In this document: positions 28,967-56,710 of the stretch, piece by piece
Position numbering within the stretch: the stretch's first letter is position 1
How the letters are laid out: every line of letters begins with the position of its first letter
From: Paraspadella gotoi
Lineage: Eukaryota > Animalia > Chaetognatha
Assembly: GCA_051294375.1 (NCBI GenBank)
Contig: CM119268.1
Coordinates: 16,583,181 to 16,647,180, forward strand
DNA: 64,000 bases
Direction: 5' to 3'
Notes under the pieces: generated by a model
Told to the model about the DNA's origin: nothing
The model's database searches: none
What the model saw: only the letters and a program-made list of their open reading frames with translations
Made by a program: the position numbers and the translations under genes

Positions 28967-31920
28967 AAACATTAAATCGTGCCTTTCGACCCCTCCCTGT
29001 TTTGTCTTGCAGCTCAAACGACACCCAAGCCGAGTAAGTTGGTCCTTTGAAATTAAAAATCGCTACTTTGTATCTAAAAAAAAATCCGGATTAAGAATTT
29101 AAAACCGGCCAATCTTGGGGCGATATTTTTAATTTAATTAGAGTCAAATGAAAAATTTCGCCCCAACATTTGCCGGTTTCAAATTCTTAATCCGGATTTT
29201 AATCCGGATTATATATATGAAATTGGTACAACCAATATAAAAATTATCCATTCATTTAATAAATAAGCTATCTTGCCCCTGACTTTGGACAGGCTTTGGT
29301 GGTTTAAGGCCTCCATCACTCTTACAAGATAATGACATAGCAGGTCCCTGCAAGCTTTCAAACAAGACTCTCTCACAGTCCCGTTTATTCACTCCCAGAG
29401 TACCTGGCTTCCCTATCAATGAAGTGGAAAATATTTCAAAGAATGTTTCAATTGTATGAAAAGACCACTCCCTTAAGTATTAGATCGGGGAATACTTATT
29501 GTACTCCGCACTAGCATCAAAATACAAGGAGCTGAATTTTATGAAATATATTACTAAAACAAAAAACAATTCGACTTTTAATAGAAAATAAGTTAAAAAT
29601 TGTTGAATGTTATGATATAACGTACGGATAAAACGAGCTACCCAGTACCCACGTCCCTCACCGGTACTTTAAGCGAGGCGATTGGCTTTATTCGCGCCGT
29701 GAGGTGAACAATGCAATAAGATTTCTTTGAGAGGTTAACCCTTCAGCAGTATTAACAGTGTCATTTTGTTGGGATCTTCGTTATATTTTTCCTCTCCGAT
29801 TAATTTTTATTTGAAGAGAAAATAAAGTTTTGTTAACAAACAAACGATGTGTTTTTATTTGAGAAAAAAAAAAACGAATATGTTTCGACTCTTGTTGCGA
29901 GCCTTCATCGTTGTTTGTTTTTCTTCAAATTTTAAAAATCGCAATGAAAGAATGTTTGAATATAATCATTAATTTTTATAATCGATTGGTTAACCCTTTC
30001 TTTAAGCGGGAACGACGGAGATATGGACGAACTTCACCTGCCCGGCCGACGGATTCTTCGCCGATCCGTACGACTGCAAAACTTATCACTATTGCTTGGA
30101 ACGAAAGCCAAAGACTTTCAAGTGCAAGGGGGGACTCTGGTAAGGGGTCCAATAGTTGTAACGAAGTCATTGTAATATCGACAGATTATGATACTGTTAT
30201 GGCAACAGTCGGGTCGCCTGTGATGCCCATTGGGATGGGTCATCACACTGTTGGCTTTGGGGGCTACCAACTCTGAGTGACTCCTACTGTCACTGGCGCG
30301 GTTGCCCTAGGAGGGTCTTGCTCTGCCAAAGCAGAGGGAAGTTGTTAAGACTGTGGAGTCCACAGTGTGGATGGAACGCACCGCTTGAGATGCAGCGTTC
30401 CCCTTGTGAGCCAATGCAATTGGCTGACCGATTGTGGATGTAAGGCGGAGTGAATATACCGACACACAGTATCCAATATCAATTTTTTCGACAGGTACGA
30501 TCCCAAACAGTCCAACTGCGACTGGCCCGAAAAGGTCGACTGCGCAGCGGCGCCGCCGACAACGCCGTCGACGATAGGATCGACGACGCCCACGATTCCG
30601 ACGACGACAGTCTGGTCAGCGATCAGCTGCCCAGAGTTCACTTCCGGTATAGAAAATAACACTTTTTTATTTACAGTTTTATTTTCATTCCAATAAAAAG
30701 ATTAGAAATAAGAATCATGTTATCTCCAGAAATAATTTATTTTCTTTGTATTTTATTGTCATTTAATTCATTTAACTTAATTTTATTTAATTTAAGATTA
30801 CATTAAACGCCATAATCACACACGACTGCATTTCACGCAGGATTTTTCCCGGACCCCTACGATTGCTCCATCTACCATTGGTGCGCCATGGGCAAAGACA
30901 AGATCATTGCCTGTCAACCCGGTCTCTTCTACGACCAACGAAGAGGCGTTTGTGATTGGCCCGACAAAGTTTCGTGTGAGTTTGGAAATCCGCTACTAGT
31001 AGTAGTTATGTGTTAATGTTGAAAGTTATTAAAATCATCCGTCTCAGGCGAACACAAATGTCCCGGTCCGGACAGCGACGCGTACGGACTCATCCTCAAC
31101 TTCATCGACAATGAAAACTGCGGTCGATTCTACGAATGTCAACTCAACGGAATACTCAAGCTTCAACAGGTGGGCGGAGTCCTTCGATGGTTGTTTAGAA
31201 TTTCATTTCTGGTCTCGTCAAACTCCTAGCGTTGTAACATTCTGCTTTATTAAAACCTCTTTATTTCAGTGCGCTTATCCTCAACAATGGTCGGTGGAAA
31301 CGCGAAAATGCGAAGATTATCGGATGGTCAAGTGCGGCAACCGCAAAGAAGCCAAATATCCATGTGCGTGTTCAAATCGATTAATAAAAATCCTCAATCA
31401 ATCCAATAACCAACCAATCGATTAATTGATCGGAATATTAATAAATCAATCAATCCAAAAGGCGACTACGACACGTCTCCCCTTTGCTCGTTAAAACCCA
31501 CCTGCCAAGGAAAATTCAACGGCATCTACCCGGACTTGAAGCGCAGAGGTTGCACCTGGCATTACGAATGCCGCGACGAAAGAACCATTATGCACAGGTG
31601 GAGATAGGAATAATGTTTGATATTTTGCAAGGTGCAAGATATTTTTAGATTTTTAAATCTGTTGTCCGCAGACGATGTCGGAAAGGGTTTCGATTTAACG
31701 AACAAATTGGTCGGTGCGCAAGAGCGAAGATGGTTCCGTGCAAAGGTAGGGTTATATCTAGTGGCCTTTGACTAGAGTCAAGCATAATTAAATCTACTTT
31801 AAAACCAAAGTCGAAATATCCTAATTAAAATTCATTTACTCAGGTTGCTCTCTCCTTCCCTCGTTCTTCGCTCTCATTACAGCACTATTCTTTTCCTTGA
31901 CAGTGTCAAGGAACATGTAA
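28552..31920 (+). CDS. Chitin-binding protein with five ChtBD2/peritrophin-A (CBM14) domains, a Thr-rich linker and a hydrophobic GPI-like tail; first exon uncertain
   Basis: Spliced exons give FTCVGIGYFDDPYDCSVYHLC..IACPAGTLWN..CNWAGGVDC; FTCPADGFFADPYDCKTYHYC..FKCKGGLWYDPKQSNCDWPEKVDC; SCPEFTSGFFPDPYDCSIYHWC..ACQPGLFYD..CDWPDKVSC; two more six-Cys units; ends CSLLPSFFALITALFFSLTVSRNM*. Confidence 0.92.
29081..29200. repeat. Foldback inverted repeat, ~55-bp arms
   Basis: aaaatccggattaagaattt...aaattcttaatccggatttt: outer 20 bp perfect, scattered mismatches inside. Confidence 0.9.
29216..29313 (+). repeat. Short dispersed repeat, copy B
   Basis: Matches 25934-26020 with a ~12-nt insertion. 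Confidence 0.85.
30190..30473. ncRNA. Candidate structured RNA or retroelement-UTR-derived element in intron 30140-30494
   Basis: Six or more consecutive short stems plus end-to-end complementarity (gatactgt/acagtatc); GC-richer than neighbouring introns; no family recognised. Confidence 0.4.
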
Positions 31921-32290
31921 ATTATTGTAATTTAATTTAAAAGTCGCGCAAAAATATTTTTATATCTCTTGTGTGTTTATTTGTTATATTTTCTAGATTT
32001 TTGATTCACACAAGACATTTGTACAATGTAAATAGCATGTTTATTAAAAAATTTCATGTTCACTTACAAATTGTTTAAATTTTAAAAGTAGCCTTCTTTG
32101 TAAAAATTCAATGTTTATGCTAAAACTGCTCGATCGCTGTCTTTCAAACAAAATCTGATATTTTTCTTTTGTGACGCATTTTGTACTAATTTTTAAGAAA
32201 ATAAAAAAGTGCTTTGAAAACTGATTGTTTCTCAGAATTTTTTTGAGCTGGGATTATACAAATTGCAATTATTTTAATTCTTCACGGGAC

Positions 32291-32371
<81 letters not shown>

Positions 32372-32565
32372 CAGGTGCCGAAATTCACCGATAGAGATTT
32401 TTACCCAGCATTATTCTTTTCTAGAGGAAACACATTCTTCTCGACGCCTTCACTGGAAGTCCGGAACAAAACAAATAATTTTTTAAAAAAAGTAAAAACC
32501 CGTCAAATAGTTTGGGTTATTTATTAATATAAATTCTGCGATTAGTTCTTTTTACTCCTTTTTCT

Positions 32566-34482
32566 TCACTTGACCTTCAACACAATCTCCTCCTCCTTGA
32601 CCTTTGACCCCCGTCTGCAATTGGCGATGACGCCAAAAGTGAGAGCGACGATGAAAATGACAAATTCGACGACAGTGACGAAGGAGATGCCAACAAAGAG
32701 GCCGAGATATCCGCCGATCTCTGCCAACAAATCCAAAAGATTCTTCTTGCTTTTCTCCTCGACAATTTGCGCTTTGCCTCGGACATTGAGGGTGACGACG
32801 ACGACGTCTTGGGAGGAAGTTAAACCGGAGGCCGATAGACGGCATGGGTCATCCAGCAATGACATTTGGAAGGAAACCTGATGATTGAGCCAATTAATTT
32901 CTACGTTAGTTAGGCTAACAACATCTACCCTAGTTTAAATTCAATTTTATTAAAGTTCGCAAATAAGTCCAATTTGGAAAAAAACTGATTCGGGAATTAA
33001 AACAATTACAATCACATCCATAACAACCTCAGTGGCCAAAGGTTTGCAGGTTACGTTGCATCCCATGGAAGGCAATGCCTTGCGAAATCTCAACTCACAA
33101 TTTGTTGGCCTCGCAGTTGACGTTGGCTCCATCGCTGGCGTCGCAGGCAATAAACAAATTTTAAAGAAATAAAATTCAAGGAAAATAGTACAGTTTACTT
33201 TATTTTAATTTAAATATTCTATTTATTCATGTTACCCGCCAAACCTGTTGTTGCTGAGCTAGTAGTTGTGCTTGTTGTAATTTTCTTTATAGCCTCTGTC
33301 GTCGTATCCTCTTCTGTGGTTGCTGCGAATATCGAAAAACGACTTTTCATTGTTTCGTAGTTATTAGGCATAAACATAAAATATAAACAACTACCGTATT
33401 TAAATTTGAAATCTGTTATCAAGGAGGGTATTCGTTTGGTCGGATTTTTATGCACATTACCTGAAACAGACGAGAACAATATTAAATAAATACATTTTAA
33501 TCAATCAATCAAAAAATCCATCATTATGGATAATTGGCGGATTTCTAATTTTTTCTAAATTTTCATTATCATTATCATCGATCACATTTTCGTTTGGTTT
33601 ACACTTCTTTATATCTAAAAAATTCCCAAAAAATTTGCGTCTTAACCAATTAATTCAGTCAAGGGGAAAAATATACCAAAGATGAAACAAACTACAGAGA
33701 GCTAATTTTCATGATATTTTTTAAACCAATACCATATTCCGTGGATGTTGGTTTGGTGGCAGAATCGTCCGGACTCTCGCTTGATTTCGTCAACGCTTTC
33801 GTCGAAGACTCTGAACAATATTTGACTTCTTTAAGGTTTAATACGGTTAGTTTCAATTTAGCTTTCCCGGGTAAGATCGTACGAGAATCACAGTCTGACC
33901 AATCTCAGCAACAGAATGCCATAAGTTATAACCATAACCATTAACAAGTAACTATGAAAAAAGTGCAACCTGGAGAATCAGTGACTGTCAGCCCAGCGTC
34001 CGTCGGTCCGTCAGATTCTACGTCGTCTTTTGCAGATTTAGTTGTCTCATTTTTCTCCCTGTCGCCTTTTTTCCACCAATCTATAATTAAATTTTTAAAA
34101 AAAATTACGTTTTAAAATATTAAAATTTATTTTAAAAAGTGGTAAAACGATTGACCTTAAAATTGTTATCATTTGCGTATAATTTATGTAATTGGTACAA
34201 CCAATATATTTGTGTATGTATTACTCTGGAAGACTAACTTTTCCAACTTTTTCTCCTTTGTTGTTCTTCTTCGCATGTCTTCTGCTCTTCCTCTTCCTCG
34301 TCAAGAAGGGCGGGAAAGTCGGTCGGTCGTGTTTCACAACCGAACTCCTTGACGGCGGACTCCATGCAGACTTGAAGGTCCAATAGAGACCAGGATAAGT
34401 AATGAGCAAGGTGGGGAAAAAAGCAGTTGGTTCGAAGAGAAAGAAAAAGAAGGAAAAGGATGAAAAAAAGAAAATGGGAAAT

Positions 34483-34573
<91 letters not shown>

Positions 34574-36333
34574 ATGCTAAAAAGACAGAAGGAAAGTCAT
34601 CTTCTCTGCACAAACTTACCTTCATAACATCTCCCCATGTCATAGAACTGGGGCCGCGTCAAATCGACGCCGCTGAAGGCCGGGTAAGTGTCAGCGTAAA
34701 GGCCGGCGTCGGCGGAGTAGTTAAGGAATTCGACGGCGCCGAAAGCCAAAGCAATCAACCCGGATTTCTGGTTTTTGAAGAAAGGCGTTTTGAATACTAC
34801 ATTTTTTATATACATTATAAGTTTGTACGTCAGTACATTTTAGGCAGAAAATATATGAAAAAAAATAGCGTGAAAGGATTTAAATTAAGCAAAAAATTTA
34901 TTTCCCAAAGTATCATTCAAATCACAAGATAGACCGTTGCAAATCTTAAAAATTATGGATAGCTTTCACAAACTATAGGTCTATAGGTAAAAACATCTTT
35001 TTGCAGCAGCAGCAGTAACAACAACAACAACCACAACAAAAGCATAGAAAAACACAACAGCAACAAAAACAATAACACAAATAACAAAAATACAATTTAT
35101 TACCTGATCGATACGCACGCTCTTATCAACCACCGGCCCCGCCCACTGAGAAAAACTCGCAAAGACGTCGACGGCGAGATTTTCGGCGCCGTCCGGCCAC
35201 TTGACCTCATACTTGGTCGGCGCCGGATGACGGCGCGGTCGAAAGCAGCGGCGACGCAGCGCGAACGCAGTCGAGGGATCGATGAGATCGAGGGAGTTGC
35301 GGTAAAAGTTTTGTATCTAGGAATGAATATTGTAATTACAAATTCTATTTGATATCAATTGTGATGAGGCTCGTAAATTTTTATTGAACTTTTTTAGTGT
35401 TTCTTCTTAAACTTATGTTAGAAATTTTAGATTAAGTAATGATTTGTGGTAGATAATAGGACATTTAGTTTAACTCTTGATTAACGAAAATTGGTTTTTG
35501 ATGCAACAACGATTTTATTCATCAATAAATTCGTTGTTGCATCAAAAACCAATTTTCGTTAAATCTAAAAAAAAAAAAGAAACAAAAGGATAATATCAAA
35601 CGCTTGATTAAAAATAGATTTAAATAATTTTAAATTTAACAAAAAAGATTTACCAAGTTAAAACCATCACTTTTAGAGCCTTTACGGTTTAATTAATTAA
35701 TACTCGGTAAGATTCAACTTCGACGCCGCTATATTAAAACTAGGAATCAGAAAACTCCCGTAAAGCAATTTTTTTTAAAACTTACTCAATGACAATGTAT
35801 CCCAACGTTCTTCTTAAAAAAAGGCACTTACCTTGATGTAGTCAACGGCGATATAGACCGTCTCTTCCACGAGACGCCCCTCCCCATTGTTGACGAAGAT
35901 TTCTTTGGGCGAGGCGCTTCCGTCGACGCGACAGAAGAGGAGGCGCGGGAAGATGTCGCTCGAGTCGCCGACGGTGCCGCTGGGAGTCACCGTAACCCAC
36001 ATCGGCTCTGTCAGGATGGCGGAGACTAAAGGGAAAGGGAGATGTCGGGAATGTCAGTCAAAAAAAAAGAAAGGATGAGTCATTCTCCCGATGAAAAAAG
36101 TCCGGAAATCAAACTCGCCCTCGGACAAAGACCGCACCAGTGTCGTTCCGCATAAAGTCGACGACGAGAGTGACGGTGATGACGGCGACGGCGACGTAGA
36201 CGGCGATGCAGGCGGCGATCCAGAAGACCCTCTCGACGAGGTTGTTGGCGGTGGTTCGGCCGAGACCGTGAGCAGAGGTCGACTCTAAGAAGTTTCTGAC
36301 TCGGTCACGCGTTTCCCGGGACATCACGATCAT
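32566..36333 (-). CDS. Divergent DEG/ENaC (amiloride-sensitive sodium channel family) subunit
   Basis: HG motif (FLESTSAHGL), TM1 (VFWIAACIAVYVAVAVITVTLVVDFM), FPRLLFC after TM1, Cys motifs CYEVCMESAVKEFGC and CNVTCKP, TM2 LLAEIGGYLGLFVGISFVTVVEF with G-x-S filter; one junction (~34239 to 34080) is not phase-consistent. Confidence 0.85.
35481..35562. repeat. 82-nt hairpin with perfect 32-bp arms, intronic
   Basis: ttaacgaaaattggtttttgatgcaacaacga ... tcgttgttgcatcaaaaaccaattttcgttaa. Confidence 0.93.
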
Positions 36334-36713
36334 TCTGCAAAAAAAAAAAAGGAGTAACATTATCGTTCAGCGTTAAATCTCTCTTTTTCAGTCTGCCGAA
36401 AAAAAAAGTAAATTTTTTTTTCAGAAAGCGAAATTTTTAGTTATGGCAACCATAAATAAAATCGATGGCGTATCAGTTGCAGCTCGTAATGAATGATTCA
36501 ATTCGTATCGGCTATCCCTTGTAGTTGCGTCCCTTTTGTTGATAACGGTTTCTTGGTTGCGTCGCAAGGCCGCCACGCGGGAATTTCCGGGAACCGGAAG
36601 TAATTTGAGCGAAAATAACGATTTCGCTCAGACATTTCGACGGTTTTCAATTCCAAACTTAACATTGGAAAATTTGAATATTGTTCTAGCAAGTTGCGGG
36701 CATTCAGTACCAA

Positions 36714-36715
<2 letters not shown>

Positions 36716-36748
<33 letters not shown>

Positions 36749-36799
36749 TCATGTCTCGTTTCCCTTCCCCATGAAATCCTTTATCTCGCAAATTTTAAC
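36716..36799 (+). repeat. (CT)n-linked ~50-bp motif, copy 1
   Basis: tctcgtttcccttccccatgaaatcctttatctcgcaaattttaac; inverted near-identical copy at 49692-49742. Confidence 0.85.
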
Positions 36800-36930
36800 T
36801 ATAAAGTTACGTCCACAATATCTTTCTTTCTTTGATTAGATTTGATTCTTAAAAATAACTTTAATTTACAATCAAGATCATTACGAACATACTCTGTCGG
36901 TCATAAAGAGATTTCAGGATCAAACAACTT

Positions 36931-48823
<11,893 letters not shown>

Positions 48824-49691
48824 ATTCTTTCGATCAGCGGGGTCCGCTCGAAAATAATCGACTCTGTCTTTATATCTCTTTCTCTCGCTCTCTCTCTGTC
48901 TCTATATCTATTTTCTTTTTGTTATTGACTTCCTCTCAGCAGGAGTCGCTTCTATCTCCAGGAGCGACGGCGACGTATTAACTTAATGATGAGACCGCTC
49001 TTATCTTTTCTTAGAAAAGAAATCAAGGTCGACGCGTTGTTACTTTGTTTCTCGCAAGAATTGCCATCGTTCGTTAGGGTCGTCGCGGTCGTCGATCTTC
49101 AAAAACCAAATTTACACAAAAGGGCAATTTTACTGATTAATTTTTAAGAGATAAAAATCTCAAATCAATCTCCTTCTCAAATCTCAATATCTCAAAATCT
49201 CAAGAGCGCAAAGTTCGGTTTCGGTTTTACGATCAATGACGCGTTTGTTTTCTCTATGCTTTTTCGGTGGATTAGTTTACAAACTCTAAACTCAACTGTC
49301 GTCCACCCTACCCCAGGAGTCCTGGGCCAGAACACGAGGTTCTAGAATTTAAAACCATTAGATTGAGACTATCAATCAGGAATTCCATCATCAATTTAAT
49401 AAATTAATCCAATAAATAATAAATTAATAAGTCAATAGGTCATTAATTATGAAAATTACAAAATTACTTTTTTCTCTATTTTAAGTTTTGGATTTTAAAG
49501 TATTCATTACAAATATTTTTTTAAAAATTATGTTATATTTATTTATATATATTTTTTATTATTAGTTGCTATTAATTTGTTTTTTGATAATCTAAATCTG
49601 AAAAATATTAAACTATTAATAGAAGTGGGTTGTTATTCAAAAATCGTACAAAAAACTGTAAACGTAAATGCCGACAAATAATAAAGATTTG

Positions 49692-49751
49692 GTTAAAATT
49701 TGCGAGATTAAAGATTTCATGGGGAAAGGAAACGAGAGATGAGTGAGAGAT

Positions 49752-49835
<84 letters not shown>
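49692..49835 (-). repeat. (CT)n-linked ~50-bp motif, copy 2 (inverted)
   Basis: Reverse complement reads (CT)n..tctcgtttcctttccccatgaaatctttaatctcgcaaattttaac. Confidence 0.85.
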
Positions 49836-49839
<4 letters not shown>

Positions 49840-50914
49840 TGTTGCATCTTCGGACTCCACTCTTCAATCAAAGCCCAAGTTAACAAACCCCTTTTTATTT
49901 CGACTTCAAATAAACACGAGTTTTTCTTGCAAATTGAATTCCATTGAGAATCAAAACCATGTCTGATGTCGGGAGTAGCGAGTATCGCTTAATATCTCTC
50001 TCGCCTTCTTCCTTTCCACTCCCTCCCGCATACTTTTTTTTCCTCTCCCCCTTCTATCCGTTTTCTCTGTGGTTCGTTGAAAGAAAATTTGAAAATTCTC
50101 TGGAAATGAAAGGAATAATTATGAAGGAGATTTGAAACAGGTTTGTTTTTAGCATAACAACGGGAAATATTCACGAACGCTGCAACGGCTTTCGCACTGC
50201 TTCCAATACGCACTGAGACTACTAAATACATAAAAAGAAATTAATTTTTGCTCGATTTTGTAAACAATATAGCGCATGGTAAAAAAAAAAATACTTAAAA
50301 TAATTGGCTTCATGCACAAACGTTCGTGTCATATAGCCCGATATTACCAAGCAAGCCTTTTACGCAATGTTCCCGATATTTCGTCCTCCTCTCCCTATTT
50401 CTCCTCCTCCTCCTACTCCTCCTCCTCCTCCTCTTCTTCATCTTCTTCTTCCAACTCTTCAGACAGAAATACTCCCAACCTGTTTCGGTTAGTGTCTCTC
50501 CTAAGAACGACAGCCAAAAAACACAAAAAGAAAAGAAAAAACAAAGAAATCGTTGGTTTTTTGGTTATTTTTTTCATCCCTCTCTTTTTTTTCTCTCTCT
50601 CTCACTCTCGTAATTAACAATTAAAAAAGAAAAGATTAAGTCGATGTTAAAGAACAAATTTAAAAATAATGCCAAACTGATTTTATCTCGAGCTCTCGCT
50701 GAGTCCCGCAGACTCTAATCAAGTTTTTAAAACTTTATTTTTTCCATTTACAACAAAAAAAATATACATTTTTTTCGCTTTGAATATCCACATAGCTAAT
50801 GAATTGATCTCAAATTTGGGTTGTTTTGCGCTTTTTAAAATATCCTCCTCCAAAGGACCTCAAAATTATTATGATTTTTAATTTGACCTAATTTTTTAAA
50901 ATTTAAAAAGTCGA

Positions 50915-50973
<59 letters not shown>

Positions 50974-53401
50974 CAGTGTAGCACTAGGTCGAGAAAAACG
51001 TGTTTTCAAATTGACACAAAAATCAAAGTGACTCACTCATCCGGTTAACCGCGCGTCTATTGTTTCTGAGACACTAACAACCTAACTTGTTTATTCTAGC
51101 TGCCGCGCGTACTCGCGGAGCAACTCTATAATTTACTTCACGGTTGTTCGGCGTGTCACCGTGTTCATTGGCCAGTTCCACGTATTTTTTAAGTGGTTAT
51201 AACCAAGGCAAATATCATAGTTAATACTTGGTAGTACGGTGATTTAAAATAAGATGTTACATGTGTATATGTTTTATACTGGTCACGTGATAACCTGAAT
51301 ATACGGTCATATGATTCGAAGGTAAATGCAGCTTAAATTAAGTAATTTTGAGTCATTTTAGTGAAAACAAATGTTGAGCATATGTTTCACACTCATATGA
51401 CCATGTAGATATGACAGAAAAGCGTTTTGTTTAGTGTAAAACTTAGTTAATATAGTAAATAATTTACAGATATATGATAATGCATAAGAGCATGAAAGGA
51501 GTACGAATGTTCCATACTTGTTTAGCCGGTACTCATCTGAAAATCTCTTTTCTTTTTTAATTCTTGTTCTATCAACTGTTTTTTTTACTCCGCAAATTAA
51601 AAAAAAGAATAACGAAATGTCAGCAAGCAAAGAAATTTTATCTCAGTAATAAAGGTTTGAATCATTTGGGGACAAAAATAATCTTTTTTATCTCACAAAA
51701 TAAAAAAGAAGATAAAATGGATGTAAGGATGAAAAAATGTTCGTTCTCTTTGTTTATCAGATTTATTAGAAAAACGGACTTTTCGACCATGAATGGACAT
51801 GTGTTGACTGATGTGATCCAGGACTGAGTAAACAGAATTTGGACACATGCCATTAAATTATCTATCTCCGTCTCTGTTTCGCAGTCTCTGTCTAAACCTG
51901 ACCCCCAAGTTTCTCACTTGCACTCTCTCACTCTGATTTTGTCAATACCCAGTTCCCGACAGAGTATTCTTGCGATTGCAAAGTCACTTTCCAGACCTTT
52001 CATTTTTATTTAAAAGGAAAACAAATTTAAGATTAAAAATTTTAAAAATTCAACTAAAAATAAGTAGATTAGGAGGAACATCAAATGAAAGGAACGGAGC
52101 GCAAACATTTCAAACTTAACTCAAAACTTTCGTTGACTTAAGTTTGATTTTCTATTTTTAAGTCCGTCGAAATTTGCAATCGGAGAGTAAGAGAGAGAGA
52201 GAGGAAGAAAAAAGAAAGAAAAGAGTAAAAAAAGAAAAAAAACTTATAAAGTAAGAAATAAGGAGACAAAATTAAAAAATGTAGTGTAAAACTAACAGTA
52301 TTAAATGTACATCGCATTTCACCCCCCCAATTTTATACTAACGCGCGCGACGTTTTGATTTTTCGGTTTTCAAACGACAATTCTAAAAAAATCTCAAGAA
52401 ATCAAATCGATTTTTCTTTCGAGTTTTTCCTCAAATAATTTTTACCTCAAGTCAAGTCAAAACCAGATTAATTTTAGAAACAAACAAGAACTCTTTATTT
52501 TTCGTACCTTCCTACAAAAAGAAATCCGTCACGCTTGTAATATTTCTTTTTTTGTTATCTTACATGAAAATACTTAGTATTTTTTTAATTTTATAGTAAT
52601 TTTTTGATTCATTCGTTTATTCAATCCTGTCTTTCTTTATTACAAACTGCTAAATAATAAAAGTATATTAGAACAAGTAAAGCTTTTCCACCATTTGCTA
52701 GTAATACGCCCCAGTAGAACCATATCAGAATAATATTTACTTGACGTTTGAAGAATCAATCAAGGTGCAAGTCGTGGTTCTTTGAATTCTAATTTTTGTT
52801 TCTATTCATTTGGTGGTTTTTTTTACTTTTTACTCTCGTGTTATTTACATACAAAAAAAAACAAAAAAAATGGTGGAGTTGAAAAAACTTTTACAAACAT
52901 TTAGTGTGTGTTTTTTTTTTCAACTCAAAACGGAAAATTAAGTTTAAACATACGAAATGTGTTCTTCAGAAAAAAAGAGGCCTTAATCAAAGCAAACAAA
53001 ACGTCTTTGCCGATAACAAATGCGATACGAACGAGGCGGCTGCGAAAGTGTTTTACAACTTAAAAATAGAATTGACAAAAAATCTTTTCTCTTTTTGGGT
53101 GGTTGAGAGTTCCAATCACAATATTTGTCCTTATGATAAAATTCAAACGAATTTGAATTAACATTAAATACTCTTTTCGTTTTAATTTCATCACTGATAT
53201 TACGACCGATGTTCTTAAAAATGTCTCTCTCAAATTGATCACTAATCTTCGGTTCTTTTGTTTTTTTTCATTCACGGGCAGACTTTCGCTCAAGATAGTA
53301 GCAAGATAGACTTTTCACAAGCTTGTTTTTTATTTTAGACCCAAGTTCAAGAGAAAGTTTTCCATATGCTGTGTGTAATCATTACGTCTTATCGGCGCAA
53401 C

Positions 53402-56006
<2,605 letters not shown>

Positions 56007-56710
56007 TATGGAGACAATATTGTCTTATTCTTTATCTTTTAGCCTATAGGAGTTTTCGCAGATTTCGTTGCCGAATGATCGTTCTCATTCTCTCGTGAAC
56101 ATTTTAATTTACCTATATACCTTTCATGTTCTCTCACCATTTTTTGGGCGGCTTCTCCGTATTTTCGGTTCTTCTGTCCTTTCCGCTTCTTTCTCTTAGC
56201 TTTGCCTTTTTGTTTTTTTAAGGAGAGTTACAACTTTTAAAGTACCTCATACACTGCTGACCCTTAATTGCTCCAATTATATTTTAAAGTCGACTAACTT
56301 TTAAGGTGACTTCGTGTCTCTCCCTTGCGCTATGATAGGTATTTTTTGTAACAATTGACTAAAATTATTATCGAGCTTATTTTTTTCGGGGAAACGAACG
56401 TTTGCTCAATGCACCGATTTATAAAAAAAACTCTAACGCTGAAAAACTCTTTAATAAATATTAGCATTAGTTGAAATAATTTTTAATCAACGATTCCAAA
56501 AACGCAGCTTTTAAAACAACGAATGTCAATCGTTAAAAAAAAAAGAAGTTCATCTGTTCAAAACTGGACTCTCCGCCGCCTCCATCGCGATCCGTTTCAT
56601 CCGCGAACAACACCACGCCCCAATGACAACAATGCTCGAAAACCTTTGCTTCAAACCTCCGACTCCAACGATCGAATACCATCCAACAACCTCCCGCTCC
56701 TCACCACCTT

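Noticed and set aside
30270-30352. Intron-embedded RNase P RNA, hammerhead ribozyme or C/D snoRNA
   Set aside because: Superficial likeness to RNase P P3/CR-I (ctgagtg..ctgtcact, gggaag..agact) but no CR-V partner; no CUGAnGA/GAAA core; a C-box-like GTGATGA on the - strand lacks a D box
33733-33810. Alternative frame RFCHQTNIHGI as a second ENaC HG motif (second subunit)
   Set aside because: No TM1 follows and exon phases support the Ser/Thr-rich frame
36109-36145. GC donor (GG|GCGAGT) in the first DEG/ENaC coding intron
   Set aside because: Wrong phase; the canonical phase-1 donor g|gtgcgg just upstream gives an in-frame join
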